From the NCBI GenBank assembly GCA_965285935.1, contig OZ260667.1:26226001-26290000 (forward strand): a stretch of 64,000 nucleotides of DNA. Direction: 5' to 3'. Shown piece after piece: positions 1 to 15,000 of this stretch (its first letter is position 1; each line of letters opens with the position of its first letter). Position numbers and translations under genes: made by a program. The notes beneath the pieces are model-generated. The model ran no database searches. It saw nothing but the letters and a program-made list of their open reading frames with translations, and was not told where the DNA came from. The stretch comes from Ophelia neglecta. Its lineage: Eukaryota.

Positions 1-3000
1 TAATTAATGTTCTATTTCATTGTAGCATGTTATTTGCAGTGCAATACACCCAAATTAGCATACACCCAAATTAGCAAAAAACGACTATTAATAAGAACTT
101 GCAAAACCATCCTCCATTCAACAATCCAAAGGGAAGGAGGTTTCTCGTAAATCTTACTGTCAACTCAAGGATGGCAGTGATACGGTCAGAACGACAGTTG
201 TATCTTGACTATATACTGCTTATTCATTTTTTGGTCCACTGAGGAACAAGTGTCAACAACCCATTCTCCGGTGATTAAAAACCATTTAGTTCTTGCCAAC
301 ATGTTTCATATGTCAATGTGCCTATCTAATAAAGAACTGTCGGAGAGTGTGTAGTGTGCTCTTTCTTGTGCTCCCGAGTGAGCATCTCACCACTTTCGTA
401 TTCTAGGATAAATAGGCCTGGGTAGAAGAAGAGTTGTTAATGGGACTTTCTGCAAGCCGAATGGAGCAGTAAATATCGGAGTATTCGTATTGTTAATTTC
501 AATTGGTTCCCATACAAGATCTTATCATTATAATACACTATCCTCTCAGGACAGTGAAATCTAGCCTGGTTCAAAGTGCCAGTCGTTTATCTTTCTTCGT
601 CTAGGAGAGTGAGACAGAACGAAAAGGAAAGAGGGGAAACATGTGCATGTGTTTATGAGTAAGGCAAAAGGCATGGCAAGGGAATCAGCTACTGAGCAAA
701 AAAAGAGGTGAACATAGATGATTTCACATTTAAAACAGGCTGCATATTATTCTTTGTAGAAGGGAACGTAGTTTTACAAACCACTCTGTATAGTCCATGG
801 GGTCGAATAGAAGTGCGTGCGGTTTACCAATCGCCCGTGTAGTAAAATTGCTTTGTCATTTTCAACAAAAGGTTATTCAAAACATTGTTCCTTTGCAGAA
901 CACGAATTTACAGTCAGGTATCATAGATAGGCGTAGGTGTTTTAGTTACACCAATGCGACCGTTAGAAGGCACAACTGTTTGATGTTACACCAAGTAAAG
1001 GAAACCCTTAGGTTAGACAGCGTAAAAGTAGACAATGAACAAAAATATAACAATCACTCAGGTTCGATATGTTATCATTTTCTTTGCACAAAAAGCTATG
1101 ATGTATATTTGACGTCACATCAGACTACTGTTTTACTTCTTAACTTGCACTTGCCTTCTCGCTCCATGCATTTCTTTGTGCATTTCTTTGTGCTTTAGAA
1201 CCTCAGTCCAATACGAATATTCTGGATTCTTTTGGCAAAGAGCAACACTACACATTCCATTTCTTTTAATCAATAGACAAACTTTCGGCAAGTTACTAAA
1301 GTAGAACATCTGAAGAAAACACATTGCTTGTCATAAATATCCACTAAAAATGTAAAGTGTCTAAGGTTGAAAATGCTTCAGATCAGGAGAATGATATGTT
1401 TGATATTGATCAAATGCTGCAATTTCTATGAGTTCCTGTATCTTTTTTCTTGGTGGATATACAAGTGAATCTGTTTTTACGTTTGTTCAAAGTTTAGGCA
1501 CGCAATATGTAAACCTTTCAAGCCACTGTATAAACAATCGCCGTCCATTCACTGCTAGCATTCCCGCAGGAGATGGCATTAGGGGAGACCACCTACACTG
1601 CATCACTATACCCAAAACATATGATAAACACAGGGAGACCGCATTGGATATTAAGGCTGGTACAAAGACAGTTAATCCGCTTCTGTGATAATATATTATA
1701 TAACAAAAAGTGAAGCTTTTATAGTTAAAATGATGTCCTTAAGGTTGGTCTTGTACTGATTGAGGAAGTAAAAAAGTATTCAAGATAATATTTCCAATGC
1801 TAAGTTCCTATCTCGGCTAAACTTTTCCATTACTCTATACAATGTTTAATGCTAGAATAGTAACACCATTCAGAAAAACAATTCATTGTGAACATTTTAT
1901 CCACCCAATTGATGGTTTCTTCAGAGAAAAAAGTCAGATTAGATCATTCGTGGTACACTCTAGTCATAGAAAACTAAGCATCCGTTACATCACAACCTAA
2001 CAAGATAATCTTATCAAATACCCGAATCACGGTAAGCATGCTCCATAGACCCCCCCCCCCCCCCCCCTAAGAACATCCGTCACATGATTCAAACAAATCA
2101 CTGTGCTATACTAAAATCGCACAAATATCGAGCACTCGATCTGCTTACTCTTGTTCCAGGTTCTGCAATCGGGAGAAGTTGCTGAGTCGTCATCCGGAGA
2201 AGCCTAGCAGTGTGTGATTCCTCAAAACAGGTAAGAGAGTATTTCGTAAAATAACTATTGACATTGTAGATGCTTATTGCCATCGTTTTTTTTCGTGGTG
2301 TGCATTTGATGTAGATAGTGTCGAAAATGACTGTAAAACGATCGAAAGAGAGAATTGCTTGTACTAATAACTTACAAGTGAACTTTGCATAAGGTTGGTA
2401 CTCTGTATACTGATGAGATGTAGACAGTTGGTACACCTAATCGTGAAGCCGATTATCAAATCGGACACATTGATATAAACAAAATAATAATGTGGACGCA
2501 TGTAGGGAATACCTAGGTATATGATGTAAGAATATAATTGGGTTTCCAAAGAAGTTAAGCTCAAAATACATTTTGGAAGGCAGATACAATACAACAGTTA
2601 AGAATTCTATTCTTTTGATTTTAATGCAAGCTGATTGTTTTATTCTTCTTTTGTGTTAGCTATCAGTAACTAAATACGATATTTCCTGAAGGCCGCAATC
2701 GCTGTAGTCTGAAAACTATCTACAAGTCAGCACATTCCTCTGGGCGTCTTACTCATTGGCCGCCTAACTCAACAAACTGGGCCGCGTTTAGTGGCAAATG
2801 TCTTGTTTCCATACGGTTGTTGGACAAAAACATCCGCCGAGTCTGGTATGTGGCAATGGTTAAGATTACTAACTGTAATTACCGGAGTAAAGGAGATCGG
2901 TAGTTGGTCGGAAATTACTTCAAGGTTACCCCTCGGCTCTCAATCAGGTATATCGTAAGAACGCATCTGGCAATCCCCTGATATGTGGTGTAAAAAGAGT

Positions 3001-5889
3001 TGCAACCTTCGCAAAAACAGACATGATAGAAGGAATAAATACGCTATCTAATCAACAGATACCAAGTGATGGCAGCAAATGTTCTGGAAAACGTACATTT
3101 TTCCTGCTTTCTATGTCGTAGGTCAAGTATATAAGGCTAATGAATTGAGAAATCAAATGGCACCAAGACATGTCTATTTTAATTTACGCTTTTGGCCGAT
3201 ACGGCTAACATATATAGGATATATGGAAATGGTATGTCCAGCTTAAAAGAGATTTCTTCAACTAGCAAGCCAATATAACAGTAGCCCCAAAGAAGTAGGG
3301 CCTTGTCATAATAAGATGTCATGCTATCCAATAGGAATGATTTATGTAAACAGTCTTTATAGGTCGTACATTGCTTTGTACTCGTACTTTGCCGTTGTCT
3401 ATCAATTAAAAGTAAAAGCAATATACATGTACAGGAGACCTCATCGACTTTTGAAGCTGTTTCAGACACCGGGTTATTAATGACTCTCATGTTCCCTTCG
3501 CGACCAGTCTTCGAAAATACATAACTTATATATATAGGAGCCTGGTTTGAACGGGATTCGTCGATACGGGAGACTTGAGTAACATGCGTTGTGGCTTAAA
3601 CATATCTAGAGATAAGGAGTGGTGCTGTATTAAGAAGAGCCACGTTCTATGAACGCCGCAGGGTACTGGTAATATTAAACGAGTTGCAGACCCACAAGTA
3701 TTAAAACTTCAGGGTCTTGTTGGTTCGTCGGTAGGATGCCACAAGATATTTTGAGTCTTCTGCTCTGCTCTAAAAATAGGTCATCTTAACTTCCTGTAAA
3801 ATAGGAAACATGATCAGGTAAATGGACAAGCCTGACATACTCTCGGTCTGGGTGGAAACGACACGTCAACATTCCTAGAGGTATCAATAAAGTCATGAAA
3901 TTTGCATTTTTGTCAGGTGTAGCATCATTATTTATCTAAACTTTAAAGTTAACGTTCGTCATACGAGTAAATTCCAATTCACCAAACCTGGATGGACTGG
4001 GGGGCTACATTCCACTGTTAGTACAAATATTGCCAATGTTTTAGAGCTGAAATTAATGATAAGTACCTTAGATGTAGGGCGTACATGACCGGAATGTGGC
4101 TCTCTCCCAGTTTCCACTGCCTGAATCTACTGATAACCGAATGCGCAAAATAAATTCTCAACAGGTTCCAACAGTGGGAAAAAACGGGAGTTGATAGCGG
4201 CAGTAAAAAGCAAAACATAAATCAATAATAGTCCCTTAAATTGTTAGGAAATCATGCCGAAACGTCAGCCGCCGATCCGCAGAAAACAAACATCAAAATC
4301 ATGTTCCAAACTGTAAATAAGCTTTTAGGGACTTCATAAATCGATGTCACTTTCAATTAAAGTAGGCCTACTTAACAGTTGTAAATGAAGCGAGTCAGAG
4401 AACAACAAAAAACGAGTCAGTGGTGAAATTATGACAGGGATGAAATATGCCCTAGATGAGTCTCTGATGAAGGGAGACTCTACACGCGGGACAGGAATTC
4501 CAATTGGAAAAAGGTGAGCTTTTCAAAGCATTAGTGGTGTCTGAGCTGTACGCGAATGTCCGCAGACTACCAATTTGAGTAGGTAGGCCAAGATTTGTAT
4601 GAACTGGATTCAGAGCTATTCTCCAGACATGGGATTACAAAATCAGAACTTGCATGTTTCAATTCGTTTTGGCTTCCGAGTCTAACTATGGGCCACGAGC
4701 TTCCTGCTAACTGTTAATGCCATGACAACGTCTGCCGGGCTTCTTTGGATCTATTTTGGATGAAAATCGCATACATGAAGCTTTCCAACGTTTCGCAAGG
4801 CAAAAAACTATAAATCAATATGCATTACGCATGAAGAAAGCAACATAAACCAGGCGGAAATTCGTTCGCAGAAAATGAAAACTTAACTGTTAAACTGTTT
4901 AAAAAAAGTTTTCGTGCGAAGCCTAGGAGGCATGTAGCGTACGCTCCAGATGACGTAGACCTGGTAATTTCCATACAGGCATCGCACAAACTTAACTTAG
5001 GCAGTATTATCCGCGGTTCTCGATCAATCCTTAACTTTCCGGTTGTGTTCTTTGGTGTATATGAAAACCGTTTGTATTTAACAGGTGAATTTTTCCAACA
5101 AAGAATAAGCTCGTATGAGACTAAACCGTTTTCCTGCTAAAATCAATAAAAATTGTTCTCTAATAAGACTCCTGCATATATTTTTCTATCCGAATTGGAA
5201 GCAAACTGTAGGAACAGATATACTTCAGCTTTACTTTAAAAAAAATCGACAAAGAATACTTAACCATGTGGCTTCTTACGGTAGTTTTCGAGAGAACCAC
5301 ATATTTTTTCTAATTTGTTTACCCGCAATCCGGATATGTTGAATATCTAGACGTGCTTTTATGAGGAAATCTATTGTTAATTAGGCTAAAGCTGTAAATA
5401 TTTGTGCTCAAAGAACTAATAATAATGGTTTCTGGCATATATTTATATTACTGAGATATATACTGCGTTATAAAGGAACAGGAAAGTAAAAAGCGGGTCT
5501 ATTTGTGTCAGCTAATAGTTTATTTTATCATACTGCCATATTGGCACTCTTCATAAATAAAACCGGAATCATTTGTATCGAACTGGTTATTGGTAATTTC
5601 ACATTTTTTCATAACTGTCTGAGGACTTGCTTCGTAAATGAATTTATGCAACAAAAGCAGCGCCACCGAGAATATATACTGCCATGCTGTCGGCAATAGC
5701 TGTAAAGCTAAGGTACAAAACGTCGAGAGCATGCCCGAGAGGCAATATTGGCTTTTTCGAAATGCAATCGATACTAACAGCGAAAGCGTCGTTCTAATAT
5801 TCGACATTGATATATCAACTAGACTAACAAGTAGGTTTTCTCTAGGTAATCCCCATTCATTGCTGAATGTTTTTAATAATTATTTGCAG

Positions 5890-6018
5890 CCACGATGCCT
5901 GGCCGTCCCGCACCGAAGATCAAATCCAACAAAGATGGATCCATCGCCATCGAGTATGTTCCCCAACTGCCAGGCGTCCACGAGATGGCGCTCAGCTACA
6001 ATGAGCACAGTGTTGACG
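5890..6018 (+). CDS. Filamin first coding exon (MPGRPAPKIKSNKDGSIAIEYVPQLPGVHEMALSYNEHSVD-G)
   Basis: tttgcag acceptor, ATG at 5895 in ccacgATG context, G|gtaagt donor; resembles the MPSGK...DNKDGT...GLHEM half of Ig16. Confidence 0.9.
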
Positions 6019-9000
6019 GTAAGTGTAGCAAATTATGGTGTCTAGTGTACCATTAATAGTATCATAAATCGCTCAATGTTTGTTATACGTGTACATCAAA
6101 GGGCTCGACCATGGATTCAATGATAGATCATACGACTCAGATAAAGTATGGATCCATGGATGGATCAAATGACCCAGAAAGGCAATGGATCCATGTATAT
6201 ATCAAACGACTCAGATATACCATGGATCCAAGGATAGGTCACATGACTCAGCAGTACCATGGATCCATGGATAGAGCAAGGATCATCAAATATATCAATC
6301 GTCTCAGATGCACCATGGTCCCATGGATATACCAAACGACTCAGATTCACATGGATCCATGCATGAATATATCAAACGACTCGGAAAGACCATTCACTCG
6401 TGAATAGACCTTTGATCAGATCGCCCCGTCAAGAAATTACACACAGGAATGCAAAAATTAAATCCGTCATGTAGCAAATCCTTTGCACATAACAGTTTCT
6501 ACACCAAGTCTTAATTTATACGTTCAATATATTTGCTAAGGAATTATTTTTGCTTTCTGTGGAGCGTAAAGAAGCGGTCAGATCAGAGACCAGGTAAACA
6601 GCCCCACATCAGTAATCAATAATTGTACATTAAATTCGTCCGAATTTACGGGATTCCCATAAACAGACAACCCTCAAATATAGATGACTAATTCGACATG
6701 TTTTTAGTAAGGCTACGAAGAACAAATGAGTCCAAGATACAGTGGCAACATAGGACAACGATGAGTATACTCTCCGAAATAGACTGAGTTATCATAAATG
6801 TGAGATTAAAGATGGATTTATCTCGATATACACGATACAAAGAAGGATCTACATGGTCTTACATTCACCCATTCACCAATATGATAACTATCTAAGAGTC
6901 GCCGATTTTTAGTTTAAACATATTTATATATACTGGTTCCATCCAATAGCTGTAACCTAATTGTGGGAGGTCAACAGTCTGTATTTACAAAAATCAACTT
7001 ATTTACAATTTATCATATATCATAGTAATAATATCATAGATTTTTATACTGGCATTCCTCGAGCCGGATGGATCATTTGTATGATTCGACAAGTCCTCAT
7101 GGTGTGTATTTTACTCAGATAAATTGTTAGAATATTGACACCGGGCGGAAAAGCGCATTATCTTAAAGATCTCGAAGTACACATCCAGATACTGTGGTTA
7201 TCTGAATTTGGATATAAAGAAATGTGAAGTTTACTAGTCGAATATCAAAATTGTCTTTTTGACATCAACCTAATTAAAAAACGATACTATTGTCTTTAAG
7301 AGAGCTGCATCCTAATCAGAAACCATCGGGGCTGTTAGTGGCACCCGAGTTCCAGTTCTACCAAAATAGATGTATACACGTCCCTAATATATTGCCTGAA
7401 ATATTTCTGAACATTGAACATGAAAAAATCACAAAAATACTGAAATGCTATGATATGGATCTTTTCTGGATATTTGCAACTTCCTTTCCTTTAGCAAATA
7501 AGTCATAATTAGTCATTCGAATTAATAGTCGAATAACCATAACTTAGTATGCGACCAATGGAACACAGTTGTTTCACTTTGATGATAGAACCAGGCAAAT
7601 TACACTTTTCATATTTAAACTGAATAAAAAGGTTATTTCAGGAACTCCCTTCCGTTGCGTGGTGGACAGCAAGGGCAGCGGATACATTACAGCTTATGGC
7701 CCTGGACTTATGATGGCGGCCAGTGGAGAAGAAACTCAATTCCACGTCATCGGCGGTTAGTTTTAATGGCTGATCAGCTATGGTTCCGTTATATTTGAAT
7801 CGTGTATGCATCCGATGCTTCGATAAAGATAATAGGTAAAAACAGCTGTTATTGCCCGGCATAGAGAACAATTATTCTTATCAATAAGTAATTAACACTT
7901 TCTGGAATAATTCATTTAGTCTATCTAAAAAATGAAAGGACAATTTATTTTCAAAACCATGGGGCACCACCTAGTCCCACTTGGCTATTAGCATTGGAAT
8001 ATTCTCGAACGAGAAATCCGAATTTAAATATCTCGTAAATAGCCACCTGCTTAAGCAGGGTAAAATGCTCAAACGTGTTTGTATATGAAGTATCAAGATA
8101 TTCGCCAATTTAAACTAAACAGGTAATGCGGACGTCACTATGGACGGACCTTCCAAGGTAGACCTGAAGAAGGAGAAGCATGGGGACGATATGGTTTGTA
8201 AATACCTTCCCCTCAGCCCCGGTGAGTACAGCGTCTCCATCAAGTCCGGTGGCAAACACATCCACGGCTCCCCCTTCAGCGTCAAAGTCTCAGGTAAGTT
8301 CAGGGTCAAACGCACCAAACGAACTCACATTTTAATAAAAGGTCAATACCATAATTACTTGCATCTGCAAGGTTAAACATGAATTTTTTTAACGAGGTCC
8401 AAGCGTCATGCCGGTATTTAATTACTTTGGTAATCACCGGACTAAATGGCAGAATTTCAGTTACATTTGCTGCAGGATACCAAGATCTTGATACATACTT
8501 GTTTAAATTGCTGTCACCGAAAATAATTGTTTCGAAAATGAGAATAAGATATACAACAATTTCATGAATTGGTTGCAAACTATATCCTTAGAATTGTACA
8601 ATCCTTTCAAAATTGTTCACGATTGCAACAATACTTGTTATCAAGTTCATCTTGTGAACTTTATTATTTTTCACATAATTGCGAAATATGATGACATTAT
8701 TCCGTAATTAGAATAAGCTTCTGTCAATTTCATATTAATGGTACCAATAATGACAATAAGTGCTCAACGTTTATACTAATGTATTATGTTAAATATAGTT
8801 CGCTGAAATAATGACGTCACTTTACGTGCACTGTTGTATACATGACACATGTACTAATTCGATGTTTTCTGTTAATTAAGTTTTTCAGTTGGTATATGTT
8901 GTTCATCATCCTATATCTTTTACACCAATATTTTTAGATACGCAGAACTTTTACCAACGTCGCTACGTTTTCAAATCATCATGTTTAAAACTTCACGTTC

Positions 9001-12000
9001 GCCCTACCATTTCATCGAAACACGTTTCATGGCAATACGTTTACTGGTTTTTCCCTTCCTTTGCAAATTAAACGTAGTACTGTCATACTCACGGGTAAAT
9101 TGATTAAAAGTGTGTCGGGAACTCTTCTGGGTGCATAGACAAGTCTCTGACTATAACGCCACAAAAGAGTGTCGTTAAATCCATTTACCCTGCTAAGAGT
9201 CGAGACGGAATGAACATTAATATTTTTCCAATGAGGAGTTCCCGATGCAAAGTTTGTCATTTGTGCCCGAGGGTGAATTGTGTTGTTATAGCTTAGCTTG
9301 AGTGAAATATTTAAACCAGATTGATTTGTGCCGGAAATATTTGTAAGGGGTTTATAACCCGTAATATCATGGTTCATCTCAACATGTATCATGCTCACAT
9401 TTCAGTCTTGGTTTTATACATATGGAGATTTGAGCGTACTCGTATCTAAAATATTGGTTTGCCGAGCCTGTCGCCTGAAACACGCCTGTTGGCATGTCTG
9501 AAACACTAGCTCTTGTACAGGAAAAGTACCTTGCTGTTGTTACCTTTATGTTGTTCGTACTATTTACGTTATTACAGTGAAACCTGTCTAATCAGGTCAG
9601 TCAAGGGAATGGAAAAAACTGACCACATGATTTAGGTGACTTCAATAGGTAGGTCAGTTAACACAGGCTTAAAAGGGGATCGGGCTTTCATTTTGTGACA
9701 TTTGTGGGCAGGTGACCTTATTACACAGACACCCACAAACACAGGTTCCACTGTAGTACATATATATGTTTTAACAAAACTGTGTTTTTCTTGGTACCTA
9801 TAAATTCACTGTGCAGTGAAACTAATCCAGTGGCCTTTATTAAATCCAGCAAAGATGCATGCTTTTGTTTCCTGTTTGCCTTTCAAACAAAGATGATCTT
9901 GGATGAACAGATCCCGGAGATGTCGGTACGTTATCCCTTTTTCTTTTTACCACTACATTTCAATTTCCTTCCCTGTGAATTGGGTTTTAAACAAAAGCAA
10001 TATTAGTCCACACGCGTTCTGGTGTTCTTACAGGCTGCATTTAGCCTTTCGAAGTTTGCTTAATCAAATTTTGCTTTAGTTTTGTCCTATAGAGAAGATA
10101 AATATCTCGAGATAAGTTATATCCTCGAAGTGGTTTGCTAAAGGAATGCTGGCTTTTAAGTATTAATAATAGTTTAATTTGGATGAGTATGTTTATTTCA
10201 AGCATTTGATAATACTTCCTTAATAGGCATTACCACTGTGGCCATTATTAGAGTCGATTTCAGAAAATCGAGACTTTCACAGGTCATTTGCACGGTACCA
10301 TTAAAGTAGATTAGATATGGCTCGCAAAAGAAAGTATCTTGGTTTCAGTCAATCTTTCCACACTTAGTCCCAAAACAAAGGGTGATAATGAAATATTGGG
10401 TCGGTTTTTCCGAAAGATTGGCTTAAAGCAAAGTGACCTTCATTTTTGGCCAGCAATCATATAGGATATAATGTCGGTGGTTTGCCTTTTTTATTCGATA
10501 AAATAGCAATGGTTGATTGGGTTTTTTTCCACTGATAAGTCTATCCTGTAGACTAAGTGCTCCAAATCCAACCCTGCGGAATGCCCCATTTTGTCTAAAA
10601 TGCATGTGTGTCCGATTATGTGCGTCGTTAATTAATTGATTCACCGCAATATATCACGTTCTAATTTTAAGCGCTAACACTGCTGAGAGCTGTGGATGTA
10701 CCTGGCAGTGCTGTGCTTAACCCGTTACCCTCTTCTCTGGTAGCTAGCTGCACATGACTTAGAATAGAGAAGATGTTGTTAACCCTTTATTATCTCTCAT
10801 TCTCTTTCTTTCTCTGTCTCTCTCCCTCTCTCTCTCTCCTTCCTGATTTGACTTGATGTTTTCTTCCTCTCCAGCTGGAGGTAAGTGTTACCCGGCCCAT
10901 GTCACCATCTTGCGGTAAGACACAGAGCGTTTATTTCAAGTCTGGTTGTAGGTAAGGCATTCTAGCTTGGCCCAAGGGCCGTGTCTGCTACACGCGTAGG
11001 AGCTGACAGCTAGGCCAGATAATTCGGTATTCGGTTCTTCAATTCCGCTATCCGAATATCAGTCTAAATTGAAGGTAACATATAGAAATAGTGCTTGCGA
11101 AGATCTAGTCAATCTAACATAACCATCGAGTGTCCTGCAGCTGGTTAAGATAATCGGAATAACTTGTTCCGTTTGCATGAAAAATGTCACGTCCGGTTCA
11201 CGGCGCATGCCAAGTGACCAACACGCATTCACTTAATTACATTATATATTTTGTTTTCTGTTAACCTTTGCCATTCACCATTTCATAACTTTCATCATAC
11301 CATCCATATCCCTGCATCATTATTCTATTTCTTTCTAACTAAAAGGGATTCTTCGGGCAGGCAATTCTTTTATAATTTGCGATAGGCTTTAAGTAGTACC
11401 TTTCTAGCAAGCAACTACGCCTTCTATCTACTTTGCTTTTTATGCAGGTGACAGAATGAAGCTTGCAAAGTAACGATAATGTGCCTAATACCATTTTCTA
11501 TTTTGTTTTGGGGCTGATATTGGACGACTTGGTACGCTGGATGGCAAACAATAATATTTAGTTCGTTAAAAATCCTAAAATTTGTCACCCAAAATGTCAT
11601 TTAGAAATATATTTAACTTGTTCCTATTGTTTCAGAAATGTATGAATTTTTTTCATTAGTCTCCTTTCTTGTACACTCTCATTTCCTCTACTTCTCATAT
11701 GTCGCTGAAATCATACTTCAGACTGCATACCCAACGTTCAACTCATGTGGCTGATGCTAGTTTGACGGCTTTCGTTCGATATGTGTCCAGTACGTTGGGT
11801 GTTATTTGGGCCCTTGTAACCAGATCTGTTTCCATTTGATAGGTGAGGGTAGAAAGAGGTCACAGGTCTCCATCGCAGCTACATGCGAATCCGCGCTGAA
11901 CTCCAAAGAGGTTGACCTTGCCAACATGGTAGCCAGCATCAAAAGTCCAGGCGGAACCGAGGAACCTTGTCTACTCAAGAAAATGCCAGATGGGAAACTC

Positions 12001-15000
12001 GGTTAGTTTGACAACAATTGATCTCCAGTTCCTCGTTTAAAGCTCAAGTGAAAATCGCCATCGTTTTGAATTATTCATTCAAACTCTGAGCAGATATCTG
12101 TGCTGAATAAGTGTATATTAGTTTGTTTTTTTTTTTGTTTTAGGTATGGCTTGCTTTCAGCCCAAGTCATCAGGCATGTATACTGTAACCGTGAAGCTGA
12201 ACGACAAACAAATCAGCGGAAGTCCCTTCAAAGTAGCTGTCGGTGACAGAGAGGTAACTTGGAATTTAATGATATAGTAAATATATATAATTATTTTTGC
12301 AGAAGGCGATTTAGATTAGTATCACATGCGAGCGAATTTGGCTGGCAAACCTTTCTGTTTAACCCGGCAAGCCCTCAATCTGCAAGCAATATTAGAAGCA
12401 AGAAGTTGTCTTTCGGCAAAACAATTAATATCCTTATACTATACAATTCATAAAGGGAAAGATAGGGCGGATAATAACTGTACACGGATGTATTTGCAGG
12501 TGTGCAAAGCCGATAAGGTCAAGCTGAGTGGAGTAGGCCTCAAGAATCCCACGTCCCAAAAATGGAACCCAATTGACGTAAATATTCAGGAAGCGGGTTT
12601 AGGTGCTCTGGCCGTATCTGTGGAAGGCCCCCACAGGTCCGACTTGGAGCAGAAACAAACCGGTCCAGGACAATTCGTCATCCAATTCAGACCCCATGAA
12701 CCCGGAGTATATATGATCAACGTTCGCTTTGGAGATGACCATTGCCACGGTAGGTGGTGCTATAATACTAACCTCGATTAAGTTATAAGTGGCTATAATT
12801 CGGAATCGATTTGATACCCGGAAGACAAACTAGAAACATCGATGAAGTATAATCAATCAAATTTTTCCTAATTAAATCGGGAACCTTAAGCTACAGACGA
12901 ACAAACATTAACTCCTAGTCCCCCACCTAAACAATAACAGCAGAATAACTCTATGCACTCGAAGAGTCTTTGATAAACTTTTCTCTCGCAATATGCAATA
13001 TTGTGCGACTGTTGATGGATTTATATCGCTAAGCCGTGATACCACAAGGAACTGGGTTGTATGCACTATATGTATAAAATTAACAGGTTTCAGGATTTTG
13101 CCATAAAACGAGTGCAACAAGATATTATTAGATTGTTCGGATGTTGACCTTGATTATCATTACACTTAGAAGGAAGTTTTTATTAGGAACACTGTACCAA
13201 ATCCTTATAATATGCGTGTATGTGATGTCACTCAGCTTCTGACTCTTGAGCGGGGGAGCTGTCCCGATGTGTCTAAAGGCAGTGCATTTTAATCTATTCT
13301 TCTTTTTATTGTGTGTTGTTTTTCTTTACTCTAGGAAGTCCATTCATGGTAAATGTTGGAGGAGAATCGTCCGGACGTGTCCGTGAGACGGTCACCAAGA
13401 CAATAGGATCCATCGAAGCGGCTGCTCCCGGCAGCAAGTGCGAATTCCAACTCGTAATCCCAGGTAGGTTCATTGTAAATATTTACGACTGCTCGCATTC
13501 AGAATTATGACAAGCAGAAGTTTTCTTCTTAAATTTGGTATTGAAGCCTATTGATGCAATATTGTTTGTTCATAATGTAAATTGTTTTCTCCAAATTATG
13601 TATACCAAATGTATTGGGTTTTATAAAATGTCAAATAGCCATGCTCCACCCTCAACGGAAATTCATTTTCTATTTGAATTTTGACATGTCTTTTCATTTA
13701 TATCTATTACACCATGATACGTATCGGCCATTAATTAAGGAATAATAAACACTTCATGGTAAACAAATATTGAGGTCTGTGATTTTGACGTTGCTAAATC
13801 CTGCTATCTTCAATAGGAACTGACCCTCTGGATATGGAAGCAGCCCTCACCTCCCCTAGCGGCAAAACGGAGCTTTGTGAGATCAGAGACTTGGCTGAGC
13901 ACCTTTACGACATCAAGTTTGTCCCAGAAGAAGAAGGTGTACATACCGTCAGTCTCAAATACAAGGGACTGCATATTTCTGGTATGATTTAATAAATGGA
14001 ATTGGAATGGACCTGGTTATGATGCATGCTAACATGCCCAAGTTTTTTTAATAACAACTTTTATGAACAAGATTGGCTGTCATTTGAAACATTTGGAAAA
14101 TATTCCACTTTAATATGTATAAACAATATCAATGAGCCAAAAATATAGTGATTTTCTGTGCCAAGTAGTCAAGGGCGTCAGATTTTCTTCATTATATCTT
14201 TGCTGTTTGTGAATGTTGATGTTGATTCTTGCCTCTGTATTTTCTGTTACTGCTAACGCAACTGACTTATAACTATGTGATTATAATGTGCAACTAACAA
14301 TGTTCACATTATTATTATAACATGAATTTCCAAAAATACTTTTGTTTACCGGGTTGTTTAGAAATACACATTTACCGTGTCAATGGTTGCAACAATATAA
14401 GTGGAGGTCTGGTCTCGAGACGAACGCCTGAAATGAACACGATGTTCCTTTCTTATAGTAAACTTGCAATGATAATTAGTGCGTTCCGAAAAGGAGAAAA
14501 TATTGCCGTAGGATTGATTCGTGTGTTTTTTATTTGATCTTCCAACGTTGTGTTAAATTGCAGGCATTCTTTTTCCATATACTGTCCTTTGGAAGTTAGA
14601 ATCCGACAAGCAAAGGCCTTAAACCGACTGCAACACAATATACAATGTTGCTAGTTGAGATCAAATCGAATGTTCATTGAATACAGCCCTTGTCATCCAA
14701 AAATACAACCTTGAGTGAATGCCCTTCTAGTTTCGACCTTGTTCGTCCCAGTGCACATTAGAGACTCTTACTTTTTAAAAACGGTGATGTGCATGCACTT
14801 CTCCAGAAACCAGTTTTTCAGTACGACTCCAATGGGTTTGCAACATTGGTCCGAACAGCATGCATATAATTGTCCAGTGTAGAGCTGGAAAGAGTCTGCT
14901 GCTTAACATCGTCTTCTTTTCCAAGTAAATATATTTATGTCACCCTCAAATAACAATCGAACAACCCTTGGCACCCTTCACACAGGGTAGGGCCTCTGAC

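Noticed and set aside
2712-2903. Plus-frame peptide containing DKNIRRVWYVAM, resembling DKVRQWYIAI of the TMEM145-like exon
   Set aside because: The similarity is limited to a few residues; the cysteine pattern and splice support are missing.
4424-4513. ATG-initiated frame ending at an aag|gtgagc donor upstream of filamin
   Set aside because: Its phase is incompatible with the 5890 exon; it could at most be a 5' UTR exon, which the sequence alone cannot support.
6111-6407. 98-aa ORF in filamin intron, and a CRISPR-like appearance of the repeats
   Set aside because: This is a minisatellite with degenerate units and no unique spacers, in a spliceosomal-intron context.
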